A stretch of DNA of 64,000 nt, taken from the NCBI GenBank assembly GCA_965235115.1, contig OZ249445.1, forward strand, positions 13,082,001 to 13,146,000, given 5' to 3'. Shown piece by piece: positions 50,085 to 62,619 of the stretch; position 1 is the stretch's first letter; every line of letters begins with the position of its first letter. The notes beneath the pieces are model-generated. The model searched no databases and had not been told where the DNA came from. It saw only the letters and a program-made list of their open reading frames with translations. Both the position numbers and the translations under genes were made by a program. The stretch is from Laetmonice hystrix. Lineage: Eukaryota.

Positions 50085-51929
50085 TGTGACCCTCGTATAG
50101 GTAGCGTCAGGGTCGGTTGGGGGATACAAAGGACTTTAATGCGCTGTTGCTGTTTTAAAGCATTTTATTTCAGTATTCACTCGACAAGTGCCAATGTTGC
50201 AGTGCCCAAAACAGGTCAGGGGCTAATACCCGAAAAAATGGAAAAAAAGACAATTATTAACATGGATCAACATGGTTCAGTTATGACCAACCTTACCAAC
50301 CCCTGTCACGTTTAGTTCTTAATTACATACACTGCAAGTATAGTATAATATTCTTGATGTCTGTTATTTCCTTTACATGTACATATTTCTCATAGTATTA
50401 ACTCTTATGTTACACTCTTAACACTCCGATCTTCCTCATAGTAATGCACACATAACTCTTCTGTGATACGACTAACACTCAAGGCTGAGTTAACAGCTGT
50501 ACCGAATACGTGAAAAATAATAGGACTACAACTAAAATGCGAAATGATGACAGTAATACAACAAACCACAAAATTAGGATAACACACCTATGACAGAGCC
50601 ATCTAGTCTCAGCTTTTACCAGTGCCATAAGGGACCTCTACAGTGCTTACTCCTGAGCACTCAACTGGGGGGATTCTCCCCTCAGATAGAGATATAACGT
50701 AAGAAACCTAGAAATTTGAATATAACATAAATGATAATAGAAAAGTATGCGGGAATCCCACAACTGCACTAACTAGCGGAAGCTCTGTTCTATATACGCA
50801 TGTTGCCTGTGCTTATTTCACTTGGATATGATAACCACACCATATAAACCTTCTGTCATGTCTCAAATAATCAATTTATCCTTGAACCTTGTGCTCACCT
50901 GATATTTAGTGAACGTTGTATATAACACGGTAACTCTCCTCACCCTAAAGTAACCATTGGGAATAATCCCTCAGAAAATATCCTTTAATCTCCTCTTTTA
51001 AGGTTTAAAGTGGCGGTAAATAAACACTACTTACTACCAGTGGATTCATGCTGTATGACCAGCATTTAACTGGACATGTTTGGAAAACCACTGAGACTAT
51101 ACCACAAATATACCTTTTCGGAGAAACTACATAAACAAAGGTCGGAATTTACCATGAAAATAGGGCAAATCCATCGCACACTAATTTACAAACCAACTCA
51201 AGCTAGTAACTGGTTAATCACCCATTAGTGAACTAGAGTCTTACTTTCCATAGTCGAGAGCACTGTGTGTACACCTTCTTCACCAACTCTTGTTAAATAA
51301 TATATATATCCTTACAACTTACATATAAGTTCATGGATTGCAGTAACCGTCTGCTGATACATATTACTAATCCTCTCCCTGACTCTCAGTCTCACCATTA
51401 GCCTACATCCGTTTCATGGACACCACGTGTGCTGCCACATGGCTGTCCTCACTCCATGTGCTTACTATTGCCCTGCACTATAATACTGCTTCTAATCTTC
51501 CCATAGGACTCACTTTGTTCTGTACGGGCGGTATACTTTCGCTGATAGTAGAACTATCCTAACCCGAATCAAGGAAAAGTAAATAGAGAAATATACCAGA
51601 TTTAAGAAAAGACTCACCAGTATAAGGATTCTGTCTGTGAAGCTGTGTCTTATGTGATGGTCTGCAGGCAAGTGGCAGAGCCCTGCTCCTGCCTCCCGCA
51701 CATGTGCTCAGCATGGGTCATTGCAGGGGGCAGGGGTGGTCAAGTGGCGCTGACCTTTGACATCAGTAGCGTACGGTGCGACTGACCTGCCCCACACCCA
51801 TAAACACCCCCACCCTGGAGTGGGATGGACCTCCCCTCTTCCTGCAACCCCAGCAGCCCTAACCAGGGGTCCCAGATGGGTGACCCTGCAGGGGCCACAT
51901 ATGGGTGTATGATATCCTCCAGGGTTACA
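50085..51929 (-). repeat. 5' LTR (1845 bp)
   Basis: Same sequence and length as 41543-43387; followed on the minus strand by the PBS. Confidence 0.97.
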
Positions 51930-52699
51930 TAAACACCCTAGGCAAAAACCCGTGCCGAGTTTTTCAGAACTGATCAAGGGGTGCAGGTTTGCTCATCAAA
52001 TTTCGCAAGAATAACGAGTAAATAGATCGCTTTTGGGGCAAATCTGGTAAGATTACATGTTTCTCTTCAGTTAGAATAAGGCAGAACCCATGTGATACTC
52101 GAAAAATTCGAGAATTTACCATTACTTTAAACTTGAATGGATATGCTAAGACCTCAACGTTTCTGCCCTCTACTGATTAGTGGAGGTAGTAGATGCTATA
52201 CTGAGGAATATTACTACACCGATTATACCTCTAAAGACAAATTTTTGACAGCTACTATTTTTCCTGGAATGCGATCTGCTGTACCGAACTTTTAGACAAT
52301 CTTCCTATAATTTCCTACAATCTCAAGATCATAGCATTTAGGGGAGGTCACTGGAAGGGGTTCAACTCCGAGCGTGGGGGGATGAGGCCTACCAAGGACT
52401 CCCCGCTGCTGCAACTGCTGAACTGAAGTTATTTTCATATGAGCCGGTTAACATTACTGCTTGAAAATTACACAAAAGTTGAAACATGTTATTCTCGTGT
52501 ATGAGAAGTTTGGGAAAGAATTATCCCAATTTCTCAAATGATCATGGGCCATGGCTAGGGTATGTTGCGGCATGGGGCCACGCTTAGGCCATGGTTGATA
52601 ACTAGTAAGGTTTGCAGGGTAACTTGTTGCCATAGGACATACGGACCAAATAGACTGATGATGTGCAATCAATCACGCATTTAGCCTAGTCAGTTTGGG

Positions 52700-53760
52700 A
52701 TGTTGAAATGGCTACACGATGCAGTCCAGTGACGGAATTCCCGAGGTGGTAGTGATTCTGGATGGAGCTGACATTAAAGGTCCCCTAGTTACTCTCCCCC
52801 CGTTCCAGTTAGTCAATTTGTACCCACATGTGAAATATGATGTCTCACAGGCGCTGCAATGTCGAGAAAACCGTGAAAGTGTGCTCCAGCCGGGGTCCCG
52901 AGTAAACACTGTCCATGTTTTTGTTGTTGAATTCAAATCTGCCGCTGTCGACAAATGGCGCTATGACTGACGTCATTGCATCAACCATCCCAAAATACCC
53001 CGCTAGGCCGCTTCCGGGGAATGCCCCACCGCCCCACGCCCCGCAACACACGCTGGGCCATTTCAGTCGATGCTCGCACCTCGGTACGTGGAGGAGCAAA
53101 CTAGTACTGGTATTGGCTATAGACTATATACTAAGATAAAATATTCATCGCTCATCCTCTGCTGAGAAAACGGGGCTTGTTGTAGTGGCTACACTAAAAC
53201 GGTTGCCAGAGGAGTCTGCTACGCGAGGAGTGTGCTCGGTGTGCTACTCGTTCTGTGCTACGCGACTTAGCCGAGCTGCCGAGGCCCCGGTGCCCGTTAA
53301 CACGCGCATAAGGAGGGGTGCTATTTACTCGAACTTTACACTAGCATATCATATTTCTATGTTGTAGACTCTAGTCTAAGTCTGATAACGATGCGTAGCG
53401 TAGTTTATGAAAAATCGCGAGTTCAAAATGAGTGTGTGCCAGCGGCAGCCTTCCCACCCGCGGGGCGAACCGTGACGCCGCCGTCCCTCTCAGAGCACCG
53501 CCGTTCGTCGGGCTGCCACTCACTGACTCAGTGACACGTTCGGCAGGCGAGGTGGCGAGGGCCGGGGTGGGGGTGTCTGTGTGTGTAGGGACAGCAGTAG
53601 GGGGCCCGGAGCCCGTTCCCCTAACATGCCTAACCTCCTGTTCGCTGTCCGCCATTTTCCGCGTGCTCCTCTCGGGAAGTAGATGCAGTCACGTGGTTAT
53701 GCGCGCGCATCAAAGGAATTCCCCCGTTACCCAGCCGAGGCAACATGGCAAAATCGCGCG
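52700..53760 (-). pseudogene. Possible decayed retroelement ORF1/gag-like 5' region
   Basis: GC-rich leader, aaaatggcgg start (MADSEQEV...), NRFSV motif, several broken frames; no diagnostic domain recognised. Confidence 0.2.
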
Positions 53761-54731
53761 GAGACGCAGGCATGATACCATCATGGTACATCGTCGGTTC
53801 TCACAGTAAATCGGGTTGGTTCCACTCAAATTTATTACGATAAGTGCAGGGGATCCATATGGGAGGGGTCAACTTCCTGGGGCGAATAAATAGTGCCACT
53901 TTAAAGTGATGCTCGCCCGCTTTCCCGTGGTGAGTTAAACCTCTGTTGGGCGACCTTGTCTGACCAGTCAGGTCACCACGCTGGCGATTTGTCTAAAATT
54001 ATTGGGCGAGTGCGCTTTTTCCTGCAATCACGTGCCCCCACAATGGCAGTCATCATGATACTTCCGGGTACGGTAATGTACATGTACATGTATTTGGCAG
54101 GTTGGCATTCAGAGGAAGAGAACTTAGAATGTTCCGTAGGTTCTATGTTCTCCAGTTACCCAATTCCAGACCTTCTAGAGCCACAAGGCAGCACCTTTGA
54201 CTGTACAGATTTCTGTGGGTTGAATGGCTGCGCAGTTGTCACATGGAGGGCAACTAACCCTTCACCTGAACTAGCCCTGCTGGCAAGTTCATTTACAGCT
54301 GGGCTCATTAAATTTCTAGTTAACTAGCCCTGCTGGCTAGTACAGCAGAAAACGCATAAGTCAGAGATGCCTATGTTGGAAAATTGGCCATCTCGGATGA
54401 CTTCAAGACGTCTGACTTATACATAAGCCGGATATCTTGTAAGACAGATAAAAATCTCTGGGCCACTTGAATCCGACTTATGCATTTTCTACTCTAGGTG
54501 ACTTTCCCCAATTTCCACCTCTGAGTTCATTTCTACCAGAATTGTAACATCAAAAACATGAAAGTGACATATTATAACCAATATATAACATCCAATATTA
54601 TATCCAAGTGCAGGCATCACAATTCCAAAATGCATTGTTAAGAGCCCTAATCAGTAATCACTAACCTTTAGATATTGGCCCAACGTTGTATAGCACGGCA
54701 TCACCAAGTCCAAGTGGTCTTGTGTTGTATG

Positions 54732-55450
54732 GCAGCACAATGTCACAAACTGTCCAATTGGTCCGATGTAGCTTGCAGCACAATGTCACAGACTGTCCAA
54801 CTGGTCCGATGTTGTCTTGCAGCACGATGTCACAGACTGTTCAACTGATCCGATCTTGTCTTGCAGCATGATGTCACAGACTGTCCAACTGATCCAGTGT
54901 TGTCTTGCAGCACGATGTCACAGACTGTCCAACAGGTCCAATGCTGTCTTGCAGCACGATGTCACAGACTGTCCAACTGGTCCGATGTTGTGTTGCAGCA
55001 CGATGTCACAGACTGTCCAACTGGTCCGATGTTGTGTTGCAGCACGATGTCACAGACTGTCCAACTGATCCAATGTTGTCTTGCAGCATGATGTCACAGA
55101 CTGTCCAACTGATCCAATTTTGTCTTGCAGCACGACGTCACAGACTGTCCAACTGGTCCGATGTTGTCTTGCAGCACGATGTCACAGACTGTCCAACTGG
55201 TCCGATGTTGTCTTGCAGCACGACGTCACAGACTGTCCAACTGGTCCAATGTTGTCTTGCAGCACGATGTCACAGACTGTCCAACTGGTCCGATGTTGTC
55301 TTGCAGCACGATGGCACAGACTGTCAAACTGGTCCGATGTTGTCTTGCAGCATGATGTCACAGACTGTCCAACTGATCCAGTGTTGTCTTGCAGCATGAT
55401 GTCACAGACTGTCCAACTGATCCAATGTTGTCTTGCAGCAGGATGTCCAT
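54732..55450 (+). repeat. 44-bp tandem minisatellite, ~16 copies
   Basis: Unit gcagcacgatgtcacagactgtccaactggtccgatgttgtctt, head-to-tail with no spacers. Confidence 0.97.
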
Positions 55451-56222
55451 GCACATGTTGGCTACAATCACCAGAGTCCTCAGCAGTCACTGCAACATGA
55501 AAACTCAGAATAGTCATCAAACAAATATTGTATTCAACAAAATTATAAAAGACTATGCATCAAGCAAAGCATTATTGCATTTCCTACTTTTTATTTTAAG
55601 GAATTCCTCATGTTCTTTTTCTTTTTTAATTAATAATTTCTTTTGGAAAATTGGTGCAATAAATAAATTCTGTCTGGCCATACCCGAAATAAATAATGTG
55701 TTTGGAAATAAATAATGCGTCTCATGTGAAATAAATAAAATTTTGCCACGAGGGTTGGAAGAAAATAATTGAGGCAGTCCAATCTTTGAAATTAAAAAAA
55801 AATATTCCCAAGAAAAAGACTAAAGATCTACTAAAGATCTATCGGCTTGTCCTGCTAGGCAGGCCAGGAAAAGTTCTACCACATTTTCCCTGTCACATGT
55901 TGGTTTACCTATATAGCACCTTGTTCATACAGCAAACTTTGATGGTGATGGCCGTATCATATATATTTATGGTGGCACACAAAAAATGAGGCTACCGACG
56001 GGGCCGCGCACCTGTCCGACCACCAGGTAGGCCTGACGCAAGGGCCCTGCTGATTAGCGCCACGATTCCCTGAAAACTTCTCTAACATTTACCAAACATG
56101 TCATAAAACAACCTATACTCAGCAAATCCCACCATGCCAAGCTAGCTTAGGCACGTCCAACAACTATCAAAAGAAGCACACAAATCATTAGAATAAACGT
56201 ATTTTGTACTAAATTCCCTTAC

Positions 56223-56296
56223 CTGATGAGGCGTACCTAACGTGAACATGGCGGCGGCTCGATCTGCTTTGGGGATTACAGGCAGGGGCTCCCCAC
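56223..56296 (-). CDS. Candidate exon of an unidentified minus-strand gene
   Basis: Branch-like ctaac plus acceptor ccaacag|, donor cag|gtaagg; 74 nt open frame (G)GEPLPVIPKADRAAAMFTLGTPHQ; contains gccgccgccATG. Confidence 0.4.
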
Positions 56297-56582
56297 CTGT
56301 TGGATCATGTAAGATCAAAGGGTTAGACACCTAGCGGATACCTGAAGAACCGCAAATACGTGCAGAGACAGCCAAAACTACACGTCCATGCGTAGAACCG
56401 TCCAGTTCTATGTTCTACATGCATGTACCAGACTGCTATATTTAATATTTAGTTATTTAGATCTTTAGAAAAAAAGTTATTTGCCTTCAGAGTGGATACA
56501 ACTGTGAATGGGTATCTAATTTAAGGGAGGGGGGCGCATTGTCGGACTACTTGTAAAGTGTCTCCAAATGATCCGCTTTCAT

Positions 56583-56838
56583 CAGTGGCGGAACCCCCGG
56601 GGGGGGGGGGGGCACGTGCCCCCCTTACCAAAATAGAGAAACTCTATTGTTCGGAAAATTAGGTCTTCGGCGCCTGCGTAGGACCGGTGCCCCCCCCCCG
56701 GTCAACGCCCGGTGGTCAACGCCCGGTGCCCCCCCTCGGTGGTCAACGCCCGGTGCCCCCCCCCCACCCCCCACCCGATCAACGCCCGGTGGTCAACGCG
56801 ATGCCCCCCCGGGTCAACGCCCCTCTGGATCCGCCCCG
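56583..56838. mobile_element. GC-ended MITE-like element with internal ggtcaacgccc repeats
   Basis: cagtggcggaacccc ... ggatccgccccg; about six ggtcaacgcccggt copies inside. Confidence 0.55.
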
Positions 56839-58448
56839 GGCCTTGACTCCAAGGGAGTAGGCCTATCATGTTCTGAGCCCATAGTCCCCCCCCCCCCCAT
56901 AGTCCAGAAGGCCTTGCCAATAGACGATTCAATGGCAGACTAAAGGGAGGGTCGCACTACAACGATAACGATAAACCTTAACGATAGAAAAATCGCTGTA
57001 GTCAGTGGCGGCGCTAGGGGGCAAGGGGGGGGGGGCAAATGCCCCCCAGAAATTTTAGTTTGCCCCCCATTTAAATCTGCCATTTAAGGATGAAAGTGTA
57101 TGACATATCTCTTTGCCCCCCCCCCCCCCCCCGCCCCGATTTTCTGTTTTTCTTTATATTACATTCTCGGACTGTCAAGCTCGCACGCGTTCAACATTTT
57201 CGGGTTGTTGAATGCCTTCCAGAACGTAGATCACTTTCGACGGATTCCTGCCATCTTAAAAGCATCTGTATACTACAATTTTACCTGGGCTTCACTCATT
57301 GAATCATCCCCGAAAGCCTTCTTAATCATTCGAATAGTTTTAGGCGGTGGAAGAAGGGGCAGGACGGCAGGGGGCACCCGCCTCAGTGGCGGACTTAAGT
57401 GGGGTAGGGGTTACTTGGATTGCAACCCCCGTTACGAAATAAATTGTCTTTTTTCCTGCTTGAAAGGTTCACACAAAACATACACAACACCCCCCCCCCC
57501 CGCACCCACAACGCCCCTCCCTTGGCACCCCACAACCTTAGCACAAACCCAGATCCGCGCCCCCCGCCCAATAATCTTATTGGGGACTGACCCCCCAATA
57601 ATGCTGTCCTTTTTATTTATTGATGACATTATTTATTATTCCTCTAGATCTGTTTTTGAATCTGTATGATACAGCCATGTTTCACTACCTCAAGCAAAAC
57701 GGAGGAGCAATATTGCATCAAGCAACCCCCATGCACCACTTATACAGGGGGGGGGGGGGCTGGGGGCATTGCCCCCCTTGAATTTTGACAACCTCAAAAG
57801 GTCCAACATTTGGGAGGCATATGTTGTAGTGAGATTAGCTGCCACGTAGTGCCCTCGGCTTAATGCAATCAAAATTCACAACTTTTAATAAAGAGTTCTC
57901 GGACGCAGCGGTGCACAGCGTCTGGATCTTTTGTGGAAAATTTGTACCGGTACCTCTGAACCGTGTGCCCTAAAGAAAGGTCCACTATTTTGAAAGAAGG
58001 TCAAAATGTCTATTTAAAAAGGTCCACAATTTTTTTAGAAAAGGTCCAAAATGGCAAATGCCCCCTCCCCCCTTGGAGATTTGATAAAAATATCCCGATC
58101 TATTATTTGTTCCACCGCTACTGGGTTTTTGGCAAAATATGATAAAAAGTTTGCTTATCTACTCGCCCTGTCATTGTGAATGCGAGGGTCACACCGTATA
58201 TACCCAAACGTACTCATCGGTGTCCGCCGGCTAATTACTGAGTAGTCCCATTGGGGTGTGGCTAGTCACGCATGCGTAGTAAGGTCCCCTCTGAGTATCT
58301 GCATCATGGCCGCTCTCCCGGTTCCCGAGACAATGGCTGGCTCGTATATGATGTGATGTTAAAACACACCGCAATCAATTCATGTTTCTCTAAATTCCCG
58401 CGCTGGCGCATATTGACCATGCTACCCATTTAATGTGATTCGCCTCAG

Positions 58449-58612
58449 GTGGACTTATGACAGTCCAGGTAAAGTAGAGCAAAGTTGGAATACTGTTTGA
58501 AAACAAATCTGTCCACTTGTCCACTCCTCCCGACTATCTCTTTTATATCTCCTTTATATCTGCCCCTACAGGCTGATACACCATTGTTGGGGACCATTGA
58601 CTGTGAACTCGC
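58449..58612 (+). CDS. Candidate small exons 58449-58468 and 58572-58612 of an unidentified + strand gene
   Basis: cctcag| ... cag|gtaaag; long pyrimidine tract plus cctacag| ... gc|gtgagt; joined frame MTVQADTPLLGTIDCEL. Confidence 0.3.
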
Positions 58613-59483
58613 GTGAGTGAGTATTGATGCGTTACCATGGTTACAGGTAGGCTTTTACTAGTTTATACCGTCTAACGTTATACCAATTGCCCGACTCACT
58701 CATCCTGTGATGATGGCAGGCCCGGCTATCCTTTTAGTCTCTTTGATGCCCTGTGCAATAGTACCTTTTTGATGTCCTGTGCAAGAGTGCCTCTTTGATG
58801 CATGCCCTGTGCAAGAGTGCCTCTTTGATGCCCTGTGTAAGAGTTAAGGACTGGGAGGGGGGGGGGGGTCGACCCCCCCCCCCCCGCTCAGAGCCCCTAG
58901 TTTTTTTATAGGCTACTATTGTCTGCGTACTGATGCCCACCTTAAGCGCTTCTGATGTGTCGCTTTGACGGCCACATCGTCGACCCCCCCCCCTTCCGAG
59001 AAGAATTCTGCACAGGCGCCTGACGTTACGTAGTATAAATTATATCAGGATGAAGAGGCCTCATTTTATGATTATAGGTGATTTCCTAAATTGAATAGCA
59101 CATTTACATGCGACATGACACCCCGTCAGCGGAAGGCTACATGTATCGATCATGGGAGTAAGTGAGTAATGGTGGTTTTACGCCGTGTCGGCATCCAGGG
59201 CCATCTTCACGGCGAAAACACAGTAAAAAGACTTATATCCCGCATTGATCATGGAGGGAACTATATTTTCATGGGGGCGGGGGGGGGGGGGGGGGCGGAA
59301 AGAGGTATGCAATGCGTTACTGCTGCCACTGAATTAAACATCATGATAAAGTGATGCTTGGAATCCATGAAATAGATAAGTACTATATACAAAATAAGCT
59401 AAATATGTTCAAAGAAAGACACTTTCAAAAATCCAGAGGCCTACATGTGGGCCAAAGCTGAGTGACTTTCAGGCTATTCCTGA

Positions 59484-60562
59484 TTTCTAGCTCTACTGGT
59501 TGGAAGCCAGTCAAGCTTATGTGATGGCGCGTCGTCCGTTGTCCGTCCGTCTGTCTGTTTTAAAGGTGCTATTCGTGAAAAAAAAGTTCAATTTTTTTAT
59601 TTTTTATTTTGTTGACGTTTATGTGATCCCACCTATCATGGAAATAGATTCACAACAAAGGAATTTAAAATTGTTCATGGATAACGGCACAAATGGGGCT
59701 CTCTCAGAAGGCCTGTGGAGACCCTGACACGCCCCTCCATAGGAAATGGCTCTATCTCGGTGCCGACCGAGATAGGTTTCAAATGCTGAACACAAACTAA
59801 TAGAAGGTTTATCAGGCCAATGGTATCGGTAGGAATTTTTTCTAGTACCATGTGCACAATGTATGATAGGAGAAATGCCATTCTGTGCGAGACGAATAGC
59901 ACCTTTAAAACAATTTGGTTTCAACGAGATAACTGCAACAAATCTTAATGGATTTCAACAAAACTTTTTACATGGGTTCATATGGCCGATATCTCGAACA
60001 ACTTTGATAATGAAATCCATACAGAGACAGTGTTTTCCATTAGGCAGAAATACTTGGTCGCCCATGCGAAGATCAGCTGGCTTCTCATTGTTTGTGCTTG
60101 GGATTTGTATTGAGTGCATTAACTTGGACAAACCATAGACCTGAAATCTTTTTTCAGGCCTATGGACAAATCACGATGGATTTAAATAACACTTTGAACA
60201 TGGGTTCATATCTCGAACAAGTTTGATAATAAGCAAAATCAGGTTACTGAAAGTAGGTCAACTGGCGTCCAATTGGTCGAGCTTCTTACTCCATAACGTT
60301 ATCAAATAGGCCCTTTTGATATTTCCATGAATTTGGTATAGCGATTCCTATAAACCTATTAACCTTGAAATCTTTCCTATCCATGCGGCCTAAGTGGGTC
60401 AACTGCCTTTTCATTGGTCATACTTGGGATTGGTTTCAGCGAACAAATCGCAATGGATTTCAATGAACCTTTCGACATGGGTTCATATGGGCAATATCTC
60501 GGACGATTATCTCGGTTCAATGTTTATATAATATCAAGAAAATGTTGAACCATGCTACCAAT
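59484..60562 (+). mobile_element. HINE/DINE-1 (non-autonomous Helentron)-like repeat
   Basis: tttctagctc start with short hairpin, (gtcc/gtct)n microsatellite, then repeated core catgggttcatat...atatctcg at ~59970, ~60200 and ~60477 (again at 61875). 3' end not identified. Confidence 0.55.
59564..59904. mobile_element. Kolobok-type MITE (341 bp), inverted copy of 22615-22954
   Basis: TTAA|AGGTGCTATTCGT ... ACGAATAGCACCT|TTAA; inserted right after the HINE-like microsatellite. Confidence 0.88.
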
Positions 60563-60829
60563 AACTAAGCAAATATGTAAACACTAGATTTCAATATGTA
60601 CGAAAACTGAAAGATACAGAGTAAAGCGTAGGGTTAAATGTTATTTAAACATTACTTAATTATCTATTTTACTGAATAATCGAAATATAAGATTACATAT
60701 TTCAAGTAGAACTAAAAAGGAGCCAACGGGGGAGAGAAAATGTCTGAATATCCCTTCTCTCGACTTTACAAGACTACTTTTCAAAACTGACACTTGACTC
60801 GATTAAAGGGTGAGCTACGGCTATGCGTT

Positions 60830-61245
60830 GTGTGGGAGTAATCAGTGGAGTGTTGAGGGTATTAATCAATGGGGAGTGTGGGGGTGGAGTGTTTGGGATA
60901 TTAATCAGTGGGGTGTGGGAGTAATCAGTGGAGTGTTTGAGATATTAATCAGTGGGGTGTGGTGGTAATCAGTGGAGTGTTTGAGATATTAATCAGTGGG
61001 GTGTGGGAGTAATCAGTGGAGTGTTTGAGATATTAATCAGTGGGGTGTGGTGGTAATCAGTGGAGTGTTTGGGATATTAATCAGTGGAGTGTGGGGGCAA
61101 TCAGTGGAGTGTTTGGGAGATTAATCAGTGGAGTCGTGAGGGGGCAATCAGTGAAGTGTTTGGGATATTAATCAGTACAGAGTGTGGGGTAATCAGTGGG
61201 GTGTTTGGAATATTAATCAGTACAGAGTGTGGGGTATCAATCAGT
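60830..61245 (+). repeat. 44-bp satellite A (two ~22-bp aatcagtgg subunits)
   Basis: Unit aatcagtggagtgtttgagatattaatcagtggggtgtgggagt. Confidence 0.92.
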
Positions 61246-61867
61246 GAGGCCTTCGGTTCATCAATCAATCAGTCTAGAGTGTGCGGTATCAATTAGTGAG
61301 GCGTTCGGTTCATCAATCAATCAATCAGTCCAGAGTGTGGGGTATCAATCAGGGAGGCGTTCGGTTCATCAATCAATCAGTCCAGAGTGTGGGGTATCAA
61401 TCAGGGAGGCGTTTGGTTCATCAATCAATCAGTCCAGAGTGTGGGGTATCAATCAGGGAGGCGTTCGGTTCATCAATCAATCAGTCCAGAGTGTGGGGTA
61501 TCAATTATTGAGGCGTTCGGTTCATCAATCAATCAGTCCAGAGTGTGGGGTATCAATCAGGGAGGCGTTCGATTCATCAATCAATCAGTCCAGAGTGTGG
61601 GGTATCAATCAGGGAGGCGTTCGGTTCATCAATCAATCAGTCTAGAGTGTGCGGTATCAATTATTGAGGCGTTCTGTTCATCAATCAATCAATCAATCAG
61701 TCTAGAGTGTGCGGTATCAATTATTGAGGCGTTCGGTTCATCAATCAATCAGTCCAGAGTGTGGGGTATCAATTATTGAAGCGTTCGGTTCATCAATCAA
61801 TCAGTCTAGAGTGTGTGGTATCAATTATTGAGGCGTTCGGTTCATCAATCAATCAATCAAGCCAGAG
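61233..61867 (+). repeat. 52-bp satellite B, ~12 copies
   Basis: Unit gaggcgttcggttcatcaatcaatcagtccagagtgtggggtatcaatcagg. Confidence 0.95.
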
Positions 61868-62619
61868 TTTCTAGATGGGTTCATATGGGCAATACCTCGG
61901 ACGATTATCTCAGTTCAATACATAACATCAGGGAAACGTTGAACCATGCTACCAATGTCGGGTTAAGCCAGTTGAGCGTCAGTCCCGTGTCGGGCTTGTT
62001 GGCCTTCTGGTAGTGGCATCTCTGTTACCAGAATATAACTGTCAAAAAATGGGGGCGGGACAAAACCATACTGTGGGGAGGGGGGGAAGGGGGTCGCCCC
62101 CTTGCCCCCCCCCCGGTTCCCACGCCTATGTCGATATATGACATGCATGACATGCAACGGACCCAATGGAGGATGAAGATGATGTTCCCCTGGCAGACTG
62201 TCTGGGCCAGACCACCACTGCCCTAAGTCTACCTGAACCAATGTCGGAGGAGGACTAGGGGGCCGTAGACGACAGCTGCCCACTCCCACGACATGTTGGA
62301 CGAGGGATGGGAAAGCCGTATCACCCAGGAAACTGATTTACCAGAGCGCCCCTCCCCCCCCCCCCCCCCCCCCCCGAACCGTATGGCAGATATTGTGAAC
62401 TCTTGAATCGAGTCACGGTCACCATACGGTACCGAGGGGTTGATCAACATCAGCATCAAAATGTTTGAATTTCTACGAATATTTTTATTCTTAGGATCTC
62501 TATACAAAGTGAGTAAGAGCAGACAGAAACAAAGATAATAGAAATCTAATAAACACAGTGTTTTTACTTGCCTTTCAAAAAAAATTAAGAGCGTACCTTC
62601 TTTAATTGTGAATTTTGGG

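Larger units (their letters stand above)
41543..51929 (-). mobile_element. Full-length young Ty3/Gypsy LTR retrotransposon (10387 bp)
   Basis: Two 1845-bp LTRs with TG...CA ends, 4-bp TSD TAAA (41539-41542 / 51930-51933), PBS, PPT, open gag and PR-RT-RH-IN pol. Confidence 0.98.
39680..52126 (-). mobile_element. Kolobok-like element, copy 2; host of nested insertions
   Basis: After removing the inserts (39784-40591, ~40945-41126, 41543-51933) it is collinear with 23800-24749 and ends in the same attact|TTAA. Left boundary approximate. Confidence 0.6.

Noticed and set aside
41543-51929. Identical 1.8-kb repeats as an assembly artefact
   Set aside because: TG...CA ends, TSD, PBS and PPT are all correctly placed, and the empty site is preserved in the adjacent tandem copy.
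54732-55450. CRISPR-like array
   Set aside because: Units are head-to-tail with no unique spacers, no cas genes are present, and the context is eukaryotic.
54817-61779. Long ORFs over the 55-kb and 61-kb repeats
   Set aside because: Products of stop-free tandem units, open in several frames at once.
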